From IMG/VR virus record IMGVR_UViG_3300025072_002801: DNA of 64,000 bases; one strand, written 5' to 3'. Below, one piece after another: positions 19,560-27,841 of this stretch. The translations under genes and the position numbers were made by a program. Position 1 is the first letter of the stretch; every line of letters starts with the position of its first letter. The DNA is from a virus. Its lineage: Duplodnaviria > Heunggongvirae > Uroviricota > Caudoviricetes. Below the pieces are notes generated by a model. The model saw only the letters and a list, made by a program, of their open reading frames with translations. It was not told the DNA's origin and did not search any database.

Positions 19560-20190
19560 TTACGAGCATCCTTAATTTGTTAAGACCCTTTTCTGTAATG
19601 ACGATAAACTCCCAATCTCTCATATGGCAGTATTCTTTTGCTGAATGCCACTTAGCTTTATTTTGTTTTAGGTTTGTTTGATTTGCTGGTTTGATTTCCC
19701 AAACTTCCCTACGCCCGTCTGCATAATCTATAACAATGTCTGGCTTATAGGTTCTTTCTTCTCCCATCCAAAGGTATGGTATCCTTATAGGCTCTCCTGC
19801 GTAAGCAACTACTTTGTCCCATTCTTCTAGAAGTTCATAGCATTTGCATTCCCAACCAGAGCGATAATGAATGAGTTTTCCTCCATTTTTTGCTGATACG
19901 AAATCTCCGCTCCTAAAGCTGGGTTTCTTTTTCCTTTTTCTTCCTCCGGTATCTTTCCATACCAGCGCCTTTAGCAGTCCTGGTTGGACAGGCGATCCTT
20001 TGTGTTTTGCTTTGAAGTGCATCTTGACATCACGAACAGGAGCGGCACATATTTTGCAAACTATATATTCTCTCCCTTCTTCATGATCTCCTATAATATG
20101 TTCTCTGTATTCGCCGTATTCTTCGAATTCTTCTTCGCATACAAAGCAGCGATATTTTCTTTGATTAGAGTTTTGAAAAGGTAATGTCAT
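19546..20190 (-). CDS. T4 gp4-like head-completion nuclease (TnsA N-terminal fold) with N-terminal C2H2 fingers
   Basis: 'YRSGWE', 'EPIRIPY', 'YKPDIVI', 'VWEIKP', 'NKAKW..A..YC'; two CxxC...H...H repeats. Confidence 0.78.
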   Translation of the reverse strand: MTLPFQNSNQRKYRCFVCEEEFEEYGEYREHIIGDHEEGREYIVCKICAAPVRDVKMHFKAKHKGSPVQPGLLKALVWKDTGGRKRKKKPSFRSGDFVSAKNGGKLIHYRSGWECKCYELLEEWDKVVAYAGEPIRIPYLWMGEERTYKPDIVIDYADGRREVWEIKPANQTNLKQNKAKWHSAKEYCHMRDWEFIVITEKGLNKLRMLVNESI

Positions 20191-20591
20191 TCTTCCCCTA
20201 ATGAGGCTAAGACTTTTTTGATCCCAGATATTGGATCGTCAGCCTTTTTTGCTATTTTCCCTAGAAGCTTGCAGATAATGTCTTTGTCTGGCATAACTTC
20301 AAGACCTTTCATATCGCCCATTCCAAAGAGACTTTGCATTTTCTCGCCACCCAATGCTCTAGCCAAGTCCATTCCCATAAAACTTGCTTCTTTTTTCCAA
20401 ATATCATCTTCATCATCGGATTTCATTTTAGCAAACACAATTCTGCTTTCTTCCGGCGCAGCAAAGATGTCATTGCCTCGCTTTAGAAAAAGAACAAATC
20501 CTGGGTGTCCCACCATTGATTTGATGGCATCTGTACATTCTTCTGATAGGACATCATCCCAATCGTCCATTAAGTCTCTAAATGATTTCAT
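20187..20591 (-). CDS. Hypothetical protein
   Basis: Begins 'MKSFRDLMDD'; translationally coupled to the gp4-like gene. Confidence 0.65.
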   Translation of the reverse strand: MKSFRDLMDDWDDVLSEECTDAIKSMVGHPGFVLFLKRGNDIFAAPEESRIVFAKMKSDDEDDIWKKEASFMGMDLARALGGEKMQSLFGMGDMKGLEVMPDKDIICKLLGKIAKKADDPISGIKKVLASLGEE

Positions 20592-20664
20592 ATTTAAACC
20601 TTTGCAAAAACGTTCATATATTATATAGTGTCTAATTTTCTGGATCTAAATACTATTATATTGA

Positions 20665-21378
20665 GTGAAAAACCTATATCCTTTCTTTTGTTATTATGGC
20701 GGCAAATGGCGTGTTGGCAAACGATACCCTGCGCCAACCAAAAAAACTATAATCGAGCCTTTTGCTGGCGCGGCTGGATATTCTATTCGACATCACAATC
20801 TAGATGTAAAGCTGTATGATGTTGATGAAACGATATGTGGATTGTGGGATTATTTGATCAAATCCTCAGAAACCGAAATTCGAAATTTGCCAACTGAGGT
20901 AAAGCACGTTGATGACCACAAGATTCCACAAGAAGCAAAATGGCTAATTGGTTTTTGGTTAAACAAGGGAACCACAAGGCCAAATCCTACGCCATCTTCA
21001 TGGATGCGGTCGGGATTGCGACCTAACTCCTTTTGGGGGGAAGCCATCAAAGAAAGGATTGCCACTCAGGTTAAGGAGATAAAACATTGGGAAATTCACA
21101 ATAGTAGTTATGAAAATTGCCCCGATGTTGACGCCACTTGGTTCGTAGACCCACCTTATATGGGTGATTGCGGTAGATATTACCGACACAGACTTGATGA
21201 ATACGAAAAATTGGCAAAATGGTGTCAAAGTAGGCAAGGGCAGACTATCGTTTGTGAACGAAAAGGTGCCGATTGGCTTCCGTTTAAGCCATTTGCCAAG
21301 ATTAAATCCACGCCTGGGAGTAGGGGAAAGTCCTATTCCAGTGAAGTTATTTGGGAAAATCCTAAAAAATCTGATTGA
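20665..21378 (+). CDS. DNA N6-adenine methyltransferase (Dam/D12 class)
   Basis: 'YYGGKWR', 'IEPFAGAAG', catalytic 'FVDPPY'. Confidence 0.88.
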   Translation: MKNLYPFFCYYGGKWRVGKRYPAPTKKTIIEPFAGAAGYSIRHHNLDVKLYDVDETICGLWDYLIKSSETEIRNLPTEVKHVDDHKIPQEAKWLIGFWLNKGTTRPNPTPSSWMRSGLRPNSFWGEAIKERIATQVKEIKHWEIHNSSYENCPDVDATWFVDPPYMGDCGRYYRHRLDEYEKLAKWCQSRQGQTIVCERKGADWLPFKPFAKIKSTPGSRGKSYSSEVIWENPKKSD

Positions 21379-21476
21379 CTGTTTGGAATCTTCTTACCAA
21401 TTGTCCATATTTGAAGTAGAATAGTGGAGTTACGCAATTTCGCGTTTGGAAGTGATTTTATCATTACCTATTGTAA

Positions 21477-23864
21477 ATGGATGTCCACAAAATGTCGAAA
21501 AAAATTTCTCACTACTACCAACAGATGTCGAAAAAGACCCCCACTGGCTATGGACCTTCTTCTCTTCCTATTAAAGGGGACGCTAATTTCCCGCAAAACA
21601 TTGCGATTGTCGCCAGAGAATGTGCGGCAAATGCTATTGCATATGGAGCAACCAAAGCTCATCAATTGGTTACGACAGTGAATGGGGAACGTGTTTGTAT
21701 TTTCATGCACAATACGGATCAGCCGTTCAAAAATACCACTGATGTCAAAGAAAATGGACTCACACCTAATCAAAGCGGTGGCAAAGGATGGGCTTTTCAA
21801 GGTAGCGGAATTTCATTTACTGGTTCTTATCTTTGTCACGATCCAAAGGTTTACATTGCCAGCAATACAAAAGAAGAGGGTTGGAAAGCTGCTTCTGCAC
21901 GTCCAGACTTCAATAATAATGATTGGGTAATTGAGGATGAATTGACTTTTGTTGCTGACTTGCGACCAATCGTTGGAGCAATGTTAGAAGAGTTTACGGT
22001 CGTTTATGCCTTTAAGATCCCCGAAACTAAACAGAGCGCTAATGTCACCCATATGAATATGATTCAGTGGTTGTCTCCAGGCATATCGAATAACCATATG
22101 ACTTTTACTTTTACGGAGGGAATTTACGATCCAATCAAGAAAGGTCCGCTGGATGAGTATATCAAAGGAAATCGTGACGATGTTGGAAATCGTGGCGCTG
22201 CCAAACGGCGTGTAACTTCCCTAAAAGAATATAATGAACGATACTGTGAAGCAGTTTTTCCATTTGAAGTTAAACAAATCGACATCAAGATTGATGGACA
22301 AATTTTTGATGTTTCGGCAACAGTCGAAGTGTACGCATTCCCTTCGCCTAAGAACCAAAACAGTGGTCATTGGATGATTAATATTCGTGATAGTGAAGGC
22401 AAGACTCCAAATGGCAAACCATTATTTAAGAAAGATGGTGGCTCTGGGTCAGGATTAAGACCTGTTAACACGAATTACCTAGTCTGCTCTGCTTTAGGCA
22501 ATAAACATGAAGGCGATTCCAAAGGCGACGATGAAGAACGATTTTTGAGATTTGATGATAACGCTGTTAGTTTCGGGCACAACGGACAAACGGCAAACCT
22601 ACTTAGAAACATGGGGTTTCGCTACGAAAATGGTGGAACTGGTGATGGAAATTCTTTCGTGATATTAATGGTAAAAATAACTGATGTTCGTAGCTATCGG
22701 TTGCCTAAAGATAAAGATGGTAAAATCCATCAAATCACACCGTTCTACTTCAGCAATGTACTCAATCGTCGCGCAGACTTTCTTTTTGATCGTGAAAAGA
22801 GTAACAAGATAATGAATGCTGTGACGGAAGCTGCTGCTCCTTTGGTGGGGACCACTCCTGCGGGATCTGCCATGAAGAAATGGTTTGACGAACACTTTCC
22901 AGCCAGTAGAAATAAGCGTGTTCCTATTTTGTTTGATTCCCTTGATGGAAAGGTAAAAAACGACAAGGATGTTGTCGTGTACGATGTTGTAGCCGGAAAT
23001 AAGTCCAACCAAAAATTTGAAGCTGACAAGAATTATACGATTGCCATTTGGCACAACATCAAGGGGTGTTTTGTGTCGAAATTGAAGTTGGCGCACCACA
23101 GTCGTGGATTTGAGATCAGACCAATGGATGGCAACGCCATGGCACGTATGGGCAGTGACGAATTCAAAAAGGGATATAACAAACTGCGAAAGAGCCTTGT
23201 TAAACAAGGGAAGCTAAAGGAGGATGAAAGTTTTCCTCTATTCAACATTAAAGTTTCTCCGTTGCTAAAGCTTGAAGACGATAAATGGGTGCATTGTGAA
23301 AAGGAAGAATATAATCGCTGCCACAATTTCGTGCCCACTAGGGGATTACATTGTCAGGCTGATAATCAAAGTACATATCTCATTGGAAAGGTTGTTGATG
23401 TGCCTGCCAAGCCCAAGGGAAATAAAGAGGTGAAAAGAAAAAATAAAGAGGTGAAAAAAGCGACAGGAGGAAATCTTGATGTCGATCCGTATGAAGATCG
23501 TCATCCAGAAATTGCGGTGACTTGGCATAATGTAAATGGTCAAATCTGGTTGAATTTAAAAAACGATAAATTGTTAGTTTACGATTACCCAGATGAGGTT
23601 GGAAGCAAAACACAAAAATTGTTGATGGAATTGTATCAAAGCATGGAAAGTATTGCCAAAGGGGTGATTGATTTTATCGGAAAAGACGCCGCGAGGCTTG
23701 AGGGGTGGGAGGAAGTCACCTCTGAGGATTTAGACGAAGATGACAACACGATTTATCGTGATGCCATAGACTGGGGCATAAATAAGGCAATTACATCGTG
23801 GCTAAATTCAATTCAAGCTGTTAATTTGATTGAGAAAGTAAAATCTATTCGTAGAGAAGAATAG
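21477..23864 (+). CDS. Large hypothetical protein with a degenerate GHKL-ATPase-like N-terminus
   Basis: 'VARECAANAIAYGA' (N-box-like) and 'FQGSGISF' (G2-like); remainder unrecognised. Confidence 0.5.
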   Translation: MDVHKMSKKISHYYQQMSKKTPTGYGPSSLPIKGDANFPQNIAIVARECAANAIAYGATKAHQLVTTVNGERVCIFMHNTDQPFKNTTDVKENGLTPNQSGGKGWAFQGSGISFTGSYLCHDPKVYIASNTKEEGWKAASARPDFNNNDWVIEDELTFVADLRPIVGAMLEEFTVVYAFKIPETKQSANVTHMNMIQWLSPGISNNHMTFTFTEGIYDPIKKGPLDEYIKGNRDDVGNRGAAKRRVTSLKEYNERYCEAVFPFEVKQIDIKIDGQIFDVSATVEVYAFPSPKNQNSGHWMINIRDSEGKTPNGKPLFKKDGGSGSGLRPVNTNYLVCSALGNKHEGDSKGDDEERFLRFDDNAVSFGHNGQTANLLRNMGFRYENGGTGDGNSFVILMVKITDVRSYRLPKDKDGKIHQITPFYFSNVLNRRADFLFDREKSNKIMNAVTEAAAPLVGTTPAGSAMKKWFDEHFPASRNKRVPILFDSLDGKVKNDKDVVVYDVVAGNKSNQKFEADKNYTIAIWHNIKGCFVSKLKLAHHSRGFEIRPMDGNAMARMGSDEFKKGYNKLRKSLVKQGKLKEDESFPLFNIKVSPLLKLEDDKWVHCEKEEYNRCHNFVPTRGLHCQADNQSTYLIGKVVDVPAKPKGNKEVKRKNKEVKKATGGNLDVDPYEDRHPEIAVTWHNVNGQIWLNLKNDKLLVYDYPDEVGSKTQKLLMELYQSMESIAKGVIDFIGKDAARLEGWEEVTSEDLDEDDNTIYRDAIDWGINKAITSWLNSIQAVNLIEKVKSIRREE

Positions 23865-23884
23865 AAGAATAAAAGTTCCAACGT

Positions 23885-23916
23885 AAAAAAGCCCGCTCGA
23901 TGAGCGGGCTTTTTTT
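23885..23916. terminator. Bidirectional intrinsic terminator
   Basis: A6-GCCCGCTC-GAT-GAGCGGGC-T7. Confidence 0.85.
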
Positions 23917-23942
23917 ATATAAGCTTAGTCTATATAAGTTAT

Positions 23943-24410
23943 ATGAGTGATTTATCAGGATTTAGTATATTCGTTGAAAAGGCGGAAACTCCCACTGTGG
24001 CAGGAACTATGGGAGATGAATTGGGTATCAGTGGCGATGATTTATCCCAATTTTACTCTCGCGAGCCAATTATGATAGCTGATATAAAACTTCCTGATGG
24101 AACTTATCATAGTCTGTTGCCAGTGAAGATCGTTCCTGGCAGCATAACGGACAAGACCGTTACTGTTGTTATTGATGACACTTTCAGCCCAAACCTTAAT
24201 GATAAGGTTTTGAGAAAGGCTGGAAAAGATAAAATGAAAACAGTGCCAGGATGGGAGCGAGAAGAAAAAAGAATGGTTTTGCCATTAGACTCTAAGACCA
24301 AAAGCGGAGCATCACTGCAAGATATTCTAAGTCAAGGCTGGTCTGCGGCTGCTGCTGGTGCTGGTGGCGGTGGTGATATGGGTGGCATGGGCGGCGGATT
24401 GCCTTTCTAA
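23943..24410 (+). CDS. Hypothetical protein with a Gly/Met-rich tail
   Basis: Begins 'MSDLSGFSIFVEK'; ends 'GAGGGGDMGGMGGGLPF'. Confidence 0.65.
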   Translation: MSDLSGFSIFVEKAETPTVAGTMGDELGISGDDLSQFYSREPIMIADIKLPDGTYHSLLPVKIVPGSITDKTVTVVIDDTFSPNLNDKVLRKAGKDKMKTVPGWEREEKRMVLPLDSKTKSGASLQDILSQGWSAAAAGAGGGGDMGGMGGGLPF

Positions 24411-24421
24411 GGAAATTAATT

Positions 24422-24763
24422 ATGATCAAAAACTTTAAAGAATGGTTGGCAGAAGAAGAGAACAGCCAGAATGAAGTGTCTACAAGCACAAGTTGCGTAG
24501 CAGGATTCGCCAGAAAGACTCTCCCAATGGTCACTAGACAGTGGTTGGGTCCATGGGGCGAAGAAGATCCATTCTTTAAAAAGAAGAAGGGCAAAAAGAA
24601 GAACGAATCTACAAGCACTGCATCTGTTGCATCTGTGCCAGTCCCACCTCAAGCACGGTCTAGAAATATTTGTCCAAAGTGCAAAGGCAAAACTTCATCA
24701 AAAGAATTGTCGATAAATTCAATGTGTAGCAAATGCGCACAATCTTTCGCAACTTCGGGTTGA
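24422..24763 (+). CDS. Protein with a capsid-targeting-like N-terminus and a C-terminal zinc ribbon
   Basis: 'MIKNFKEWLAEEE'; CPKC...CSKC. Confidence 0.65.
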   Translation: MIKNFKEWLAEEENSQNEVSTSTSCVAGFARKTLPMVTRQWLGPWGEEDPFFKKKKGKKKNESTSTASVASVPVPPQARSRNICPKCKGKTSSKELSINSMCSKCAQSFATSG

Positions 24764-24788
24764 TTCCAGCATTCTATCGGATTATAAT
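24760..24788 (+). promoter_or_regulatory. Sigma70-type promoter for the thyA/folA operon
   Basis: TTGATT-N17-TATAAT. Confidence 0.75.
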
Positions 24789-24799
24789 GTAGCCTAGTT

Positions 24800-24832
24800 A
24801 TCGCGCAATTATTGCGCGATTCATTGCGCGAT
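24800..24832. repeat. Triple 10-bp motif (inverted plus direct), operator-like
   Basis: ATCGCGCAAT-T-ATTGCGCGAT-TC-ATTGCGCGAT. Confidence 0.7.
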
Positions 24833-24845
24833 AGGAATAAAAAGC

Positions 24846-24959
24846 ATGGTAGCGTGGGTTTATTGTCCAGTATGTGATTCTCCGGTAGATGAATTTGAAA
24901 TCAAATGTTCTAACTGCGGAAGTTTTGAAGCAGTTGAAAAGATAAAAGAAGGCGATTAG
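24846..24959 (+). CDS. 37-aa zinc-ribbon peptide (below the ORF-track cutoff)
   Basis: MVAWVYCPVCDSPVDEFEIKCSNCGSFEAVEKIKEGD; AGGA upstream. Confidence 0.6.
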   Translation: MVAWVYCPVCDSPVDEFEIKCSNCGSFEAVEKIKEGD

Positions 24960-24961
24960 AG

Positions 24962-25201
24962 ATGCATGAGAAAGAAGAGTTAAGGGAATCAATTAAATTC
25001 ATTCTTGAAAATGAATTTATTGTTGACGAAGGATATTACAGCCTGTATTGGGCTAATGGACCAATGGGCTACAAGGAGGGAGATCCTACTCCATATGTGA
25101 TTTGTTGTTCTTCTGACGCAGATGAAGGCGATGGAACATACGAAGAGTACGAAAACTGCGATGAAGCAATAGATAAATTTTTAGAAATGTCTGGAAGATA
25201 A
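24962..25201 (+). CDS. Acidic hypothetical protein
   Basis: ORF in operon. Confidence 0.6.
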   Translation: MHEKEELRESIKFILENEFIVDEGYYSLYWANGPMGYKEGDPTPYVICCSSDADEGDGTYEEYENCDEAIDKFLEMSGR

Positions 25202-26074
25202 ATGTGTTACATAATGCAGCCATACGATGATGGCTTGAGATACATTCTTGAAAACGGAGTTAGAAAAGAGAATAGAACTGGCGTGGATACGTTGGCTGTC
25301 TTTGGAATGCAGTCCCGTTATAGAATAGATGAGAAGTTCCCTCTAATTACAGGTCGCAAGGTTTGGCCTAAATCAATATTTGCTGAACTTCTTTGGCTTA
25401 TATCAGGAAGCACGAATAATAAAAAGTTGCAAGAGCTTGGTTCAAATATTTGGACGCCTTGGGTCGATAAAGAGTTTGAAGATAAGTATCATTTCGAAGA
25501 AGGTAGTTTAGGTCCAATCTACGGGTTTCAATTACGCCATTTTGGTGGAAACTACAATAAGGGAATAGAAGATGAGTCTCAAGTAGGGGCTTATGGATAT
25601 GGCGGATTTGATCAACTAGAGTATATGCTTGATTTATTAAAAAACGACCCCAACTCAAGAAGAATTTTGTTTTCTTTATGGAATCCATTGCAGTTAAGTG
25701 AGATGAAGCTTGCCCCTTGTCATTACACTTTTCAGTTCTTTGTTCATGAAAATAAATTGAGTGGAATGCTGTCACAGAGAAGCGCAGATTTTCCTATTGG
25801 GACACCTGCAAACGTGCAATTTTACAGTGCGTTCATATACATGATGGCTCAACAGGTAGGATTAGAGCCATATGAATTCATTCACTCTACGGCAGATAGT
25901 CATATTTATGTGAACCAAATAGACGCCGTAGAAGAGTATTTGTCACGCTCTAAGCCAGATTCTCCATCCTTGGAACTTGAAAAAGCTAACGATATAGACT
26001 CTTATAGTTTAGATCATTTTAAGATCAAGGACTATGAACCACAGGAGAAAATTAAAATCCCGGTAGCAGTATGA
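25202..26074 (+). CDS. thyA: Thymidylate synthase
   Basis: 'NRTGVDT', 'ELLWLISG', 'LGPIYGFQLR', 'LAPCHY', 'QRSADF', 'DSHIYVNQ'. Confidence 0.97.
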   Translation: MCYIMQPYDDGLRYILENGVRKENRTGVDTLAVFGMQSRYRIDEKFPLITGRKVWPKSIFAELLWLISGSTNNKKLQELGSNIWTPWVDKEFEDKYHFEEGSLGPIYGFQLRHFGGNYNKGIEDESQVGAYGYGGFDQLEYMLDLLKNDPNSRRILFSLWNPLQLSEMKLAPCHYTFQFFVHENKLSGMLSQRSADFPIGTPANVQFYSAFIYMMAQQVGLEPYEFIHSTADSHIYVNQIDAVEEYLSRSKPDSPSLELEKANDIDSYSLDHFKIKDYEPQEKIKIPVAV

Positions 26075-26214
26075 AAAACAGATGGCTTAATAAGCGTGAA
26101 GAAAAAGACAAGAAAAACACACAGAAGGATGAATTAGAAGTAAGGTTTCAAAAGGCTTTGAAACATTGGGGAGGAAATAGTCCCTGGAAACGTGCTAAAA
26201 TAAAGAAAAGGTGA
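26071..26214 (+). CDS. Small basic hypothetical protein (47 aa)
   Basis: Start overlaps the thyA stop and the ORF fills the gap to folA. Confidence 0.45.
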   Translation: MKNRWLNKREEKDKKNTQKDELEVRFQKALKHWGGNSPWKRAKIKKR

Positions 26215-26217
26215 TAT

Positions 26218-26694
26218 GTGATAACAATTATTGTTGCGTATGATGAAGGAAGGGTCATTGGAAATAATGGCTCAATTCCTTGGCGTCTCCCAGAAGATTT
26301 CAAGCTTTTTAAAAAAAGAACGACCAATCAAGTTGTAATAATGGGGAAAAAGACGTACCTATCGCTCCCAGACAAATTTCGCCCTTTGCCAAATCGACAA
26401 AATATTGTATTGAGTCGTCGGGCGAAAACCAAGAAGAGGGATGGTTGGTTCTCTGAACTAGAAGATTCAATTGATTGGGCGAAAAGCCATGTGCCAGACA
26501 AAGAGATATTCATTATTGGTGGCGAACAAATATATCGTCTTGCTCTTGAAAAGAATGTCGTTGATAAGATAATAGTTTCTAAGGTGCATGGAAATCATGA
26601 AGGAGATACTTTCTTTCCAGAATTGGAAGAGTGTTGGAAAGAAACTTCAATAGAAAAATATGAAGGATTTGATGTGGTGTGTTATGAACGATGA
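26218..26694 (+). CDS. folA: Dihydrofolate reductase
   Basis: 'VIGNNGSIPWRLPEDF', 'IMGKKTY', 'PLPNRQNIVLS', 'IIGGEQIY', 'GDTFFP'. Confidence 0.96.
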   Translation: MITIIVAYDEGRVIGNNGSIPWRLPEDFKLFKKRTTNQVVIMGKKTYLSLPDKFRPLPNRQNIVLSRRAKTKKRDGWFSELEDSIDWAKSHVPDKEIFIIGGEQIYRLALEKNVVDKIIVSKVHGNHEGDTFFPELEECWKETSIEKYEGFDVVCYER

Positions 26695-26842
26695 CCAAAG
26701 AGAAAAATTGTTAAAAGCATTATCCAAAGTTTCAGAACTTGTTGAGAATAAACCTTGGTGGCAAAAGGGAATGCTCGATGAGTACGATAAGTCTACTTGC
26801 AAAGTTCCAAGACCTGTTACATTTAATGACGAGTTATATTGA
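26684..26842 (+). CDS. Small hypothetical protein
   Basis: ATG overlaps the end of folA. Confidence 0.45.
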   Translation: MNDDQREKLLKALSKVSELVENKPWWQKGMLDEYDKSTCKVPRPVTFNDELY

Positions 26843-26843
26843 A

Positions 26844-27053
26844 ATGAACGATAAAATAAAAAAATTTATAGAAAAGTGTGGAAACTACAAACAAGACTAC
26901 TCTCTTATAAATGACGGAGACGTTCTTTTGGTTCGCAACTTAGCAGCCGAAAGTGGCGTTGAAATGACACCTGATGAAGTTAGATTGTATGCCGAATTAA
27001 TTGCCACGGCACAGAAAATCGCTAAATCGGGAGATGACTGGAAAATCTCTTGA
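26844..27053 (+). CDS. Small hypothetical protein
   Basis: ATG 1 nt after the previous stop. Confidence 0.5.
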   Translation: MNDKIKKFIEKCGNYKQDYSLINDGDVLLVRNLAAESGVEMTPDEVRLYAELIATAQKIAKSGDDWKIS

Positions 27054-27100
27054 TTTTATGGAATCAGACGGTCGTTTCGTACCGTTGCTGTTCTCCCTGT

Positions 27101-27145
27101 AATACGCTTAAACTGATGTGTTGTCGGTTTAAGCGTATTTTTTTT
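27101..27145 (+). terminator. Intrinsic terminator between convergent genes
   Basis: AATACGCTTAAACTGA/TCGGTTTAAGCGTATT stem followed by a T-run. Confidence 0.75.
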
Positions 27146-27156
27146 AACAGGAGAAA

Positions 27157-27801
27157 TTAGGTTATCTCAATTTCCATTGGTTCGTAAACCATCTCGTACT
27201 GTTCGTTGACGACAGTTACATTAGCTAAGATGGTTCCATTGAAATCCCATTGTCCACGACCAGGATGAATGTGACCAAAGACAGAGAGTTTTGGTTTAAT
27301 GTCATTGATTTTATCTAAAAGAGCAAATGAACCAACTGCTTCACCTCGCAAGGTGGCATCTCCAAAACCTTTTGGCGGACTGTGAGAAATTAAGATGTCA
27401 GTGTCATCAGGAATTAATGCCCATTTCTCAGGAAGTTCTTCCTCTTTCAAGTTGAAAGCCCAATCATAGAACTCTCTTTGCCAGGGTGTTCCCCATATTT
27501 TAAGACCTTCGAATTCAGCCCCAGAATCTTCTAGATAAGTCCAGGGCAGATCCATTTCTTGAACCTCTTTCTTTAGGTTTGGATATTCAAGTCCATAGAA
27601 TGGCCAATCATGGTTTCCAGCACAAGCAAAAACAGGAGATTCAATCTTTTTAAGCCATGTTTTTAAAACTGTGCGAAGCCAATGAGTTTGAAGTTTTGCA
27701 GGCATTCCTGGGCAAATATCGCCAGCAATTAAAACTAGATCAGCGTCTTTGGGTATTTTCGGTAAATGTCCATGCATGTCGGACAAGGCTACAACTTTCA
27801 T
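27157..27801 (-). CDS. Calcineurin-like metallophosphoesterase
   Basis: 'SDMHG', 'AGD', 'GNHD', 'SHSPP', 'GHIH'. Confidence 0.92.
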   Translation of the reverse strand: MKVVALSDMHGHLPKIPKDADLVLIAGDICPGMPAKLQTHWLRTVLKTWLKKIESPVFACAGNHDWPFYGLEYPNLKKEVQEMDLPWTYLEDSGAEFEGLKIWGTPWQREFYDWAFNLKEEELPEKWALIPDDTDILISHSPPKGFGDATLRGEAVGSFALLDKINDIKPKLSVFGHIHPGRGQWDFNGTILANVTVVNEQYEMVYEPMEIEIT

Positions 27802-27841
27802 GTTTTCTCCAATATATGTCGAATTGTACTCTTATATACGC

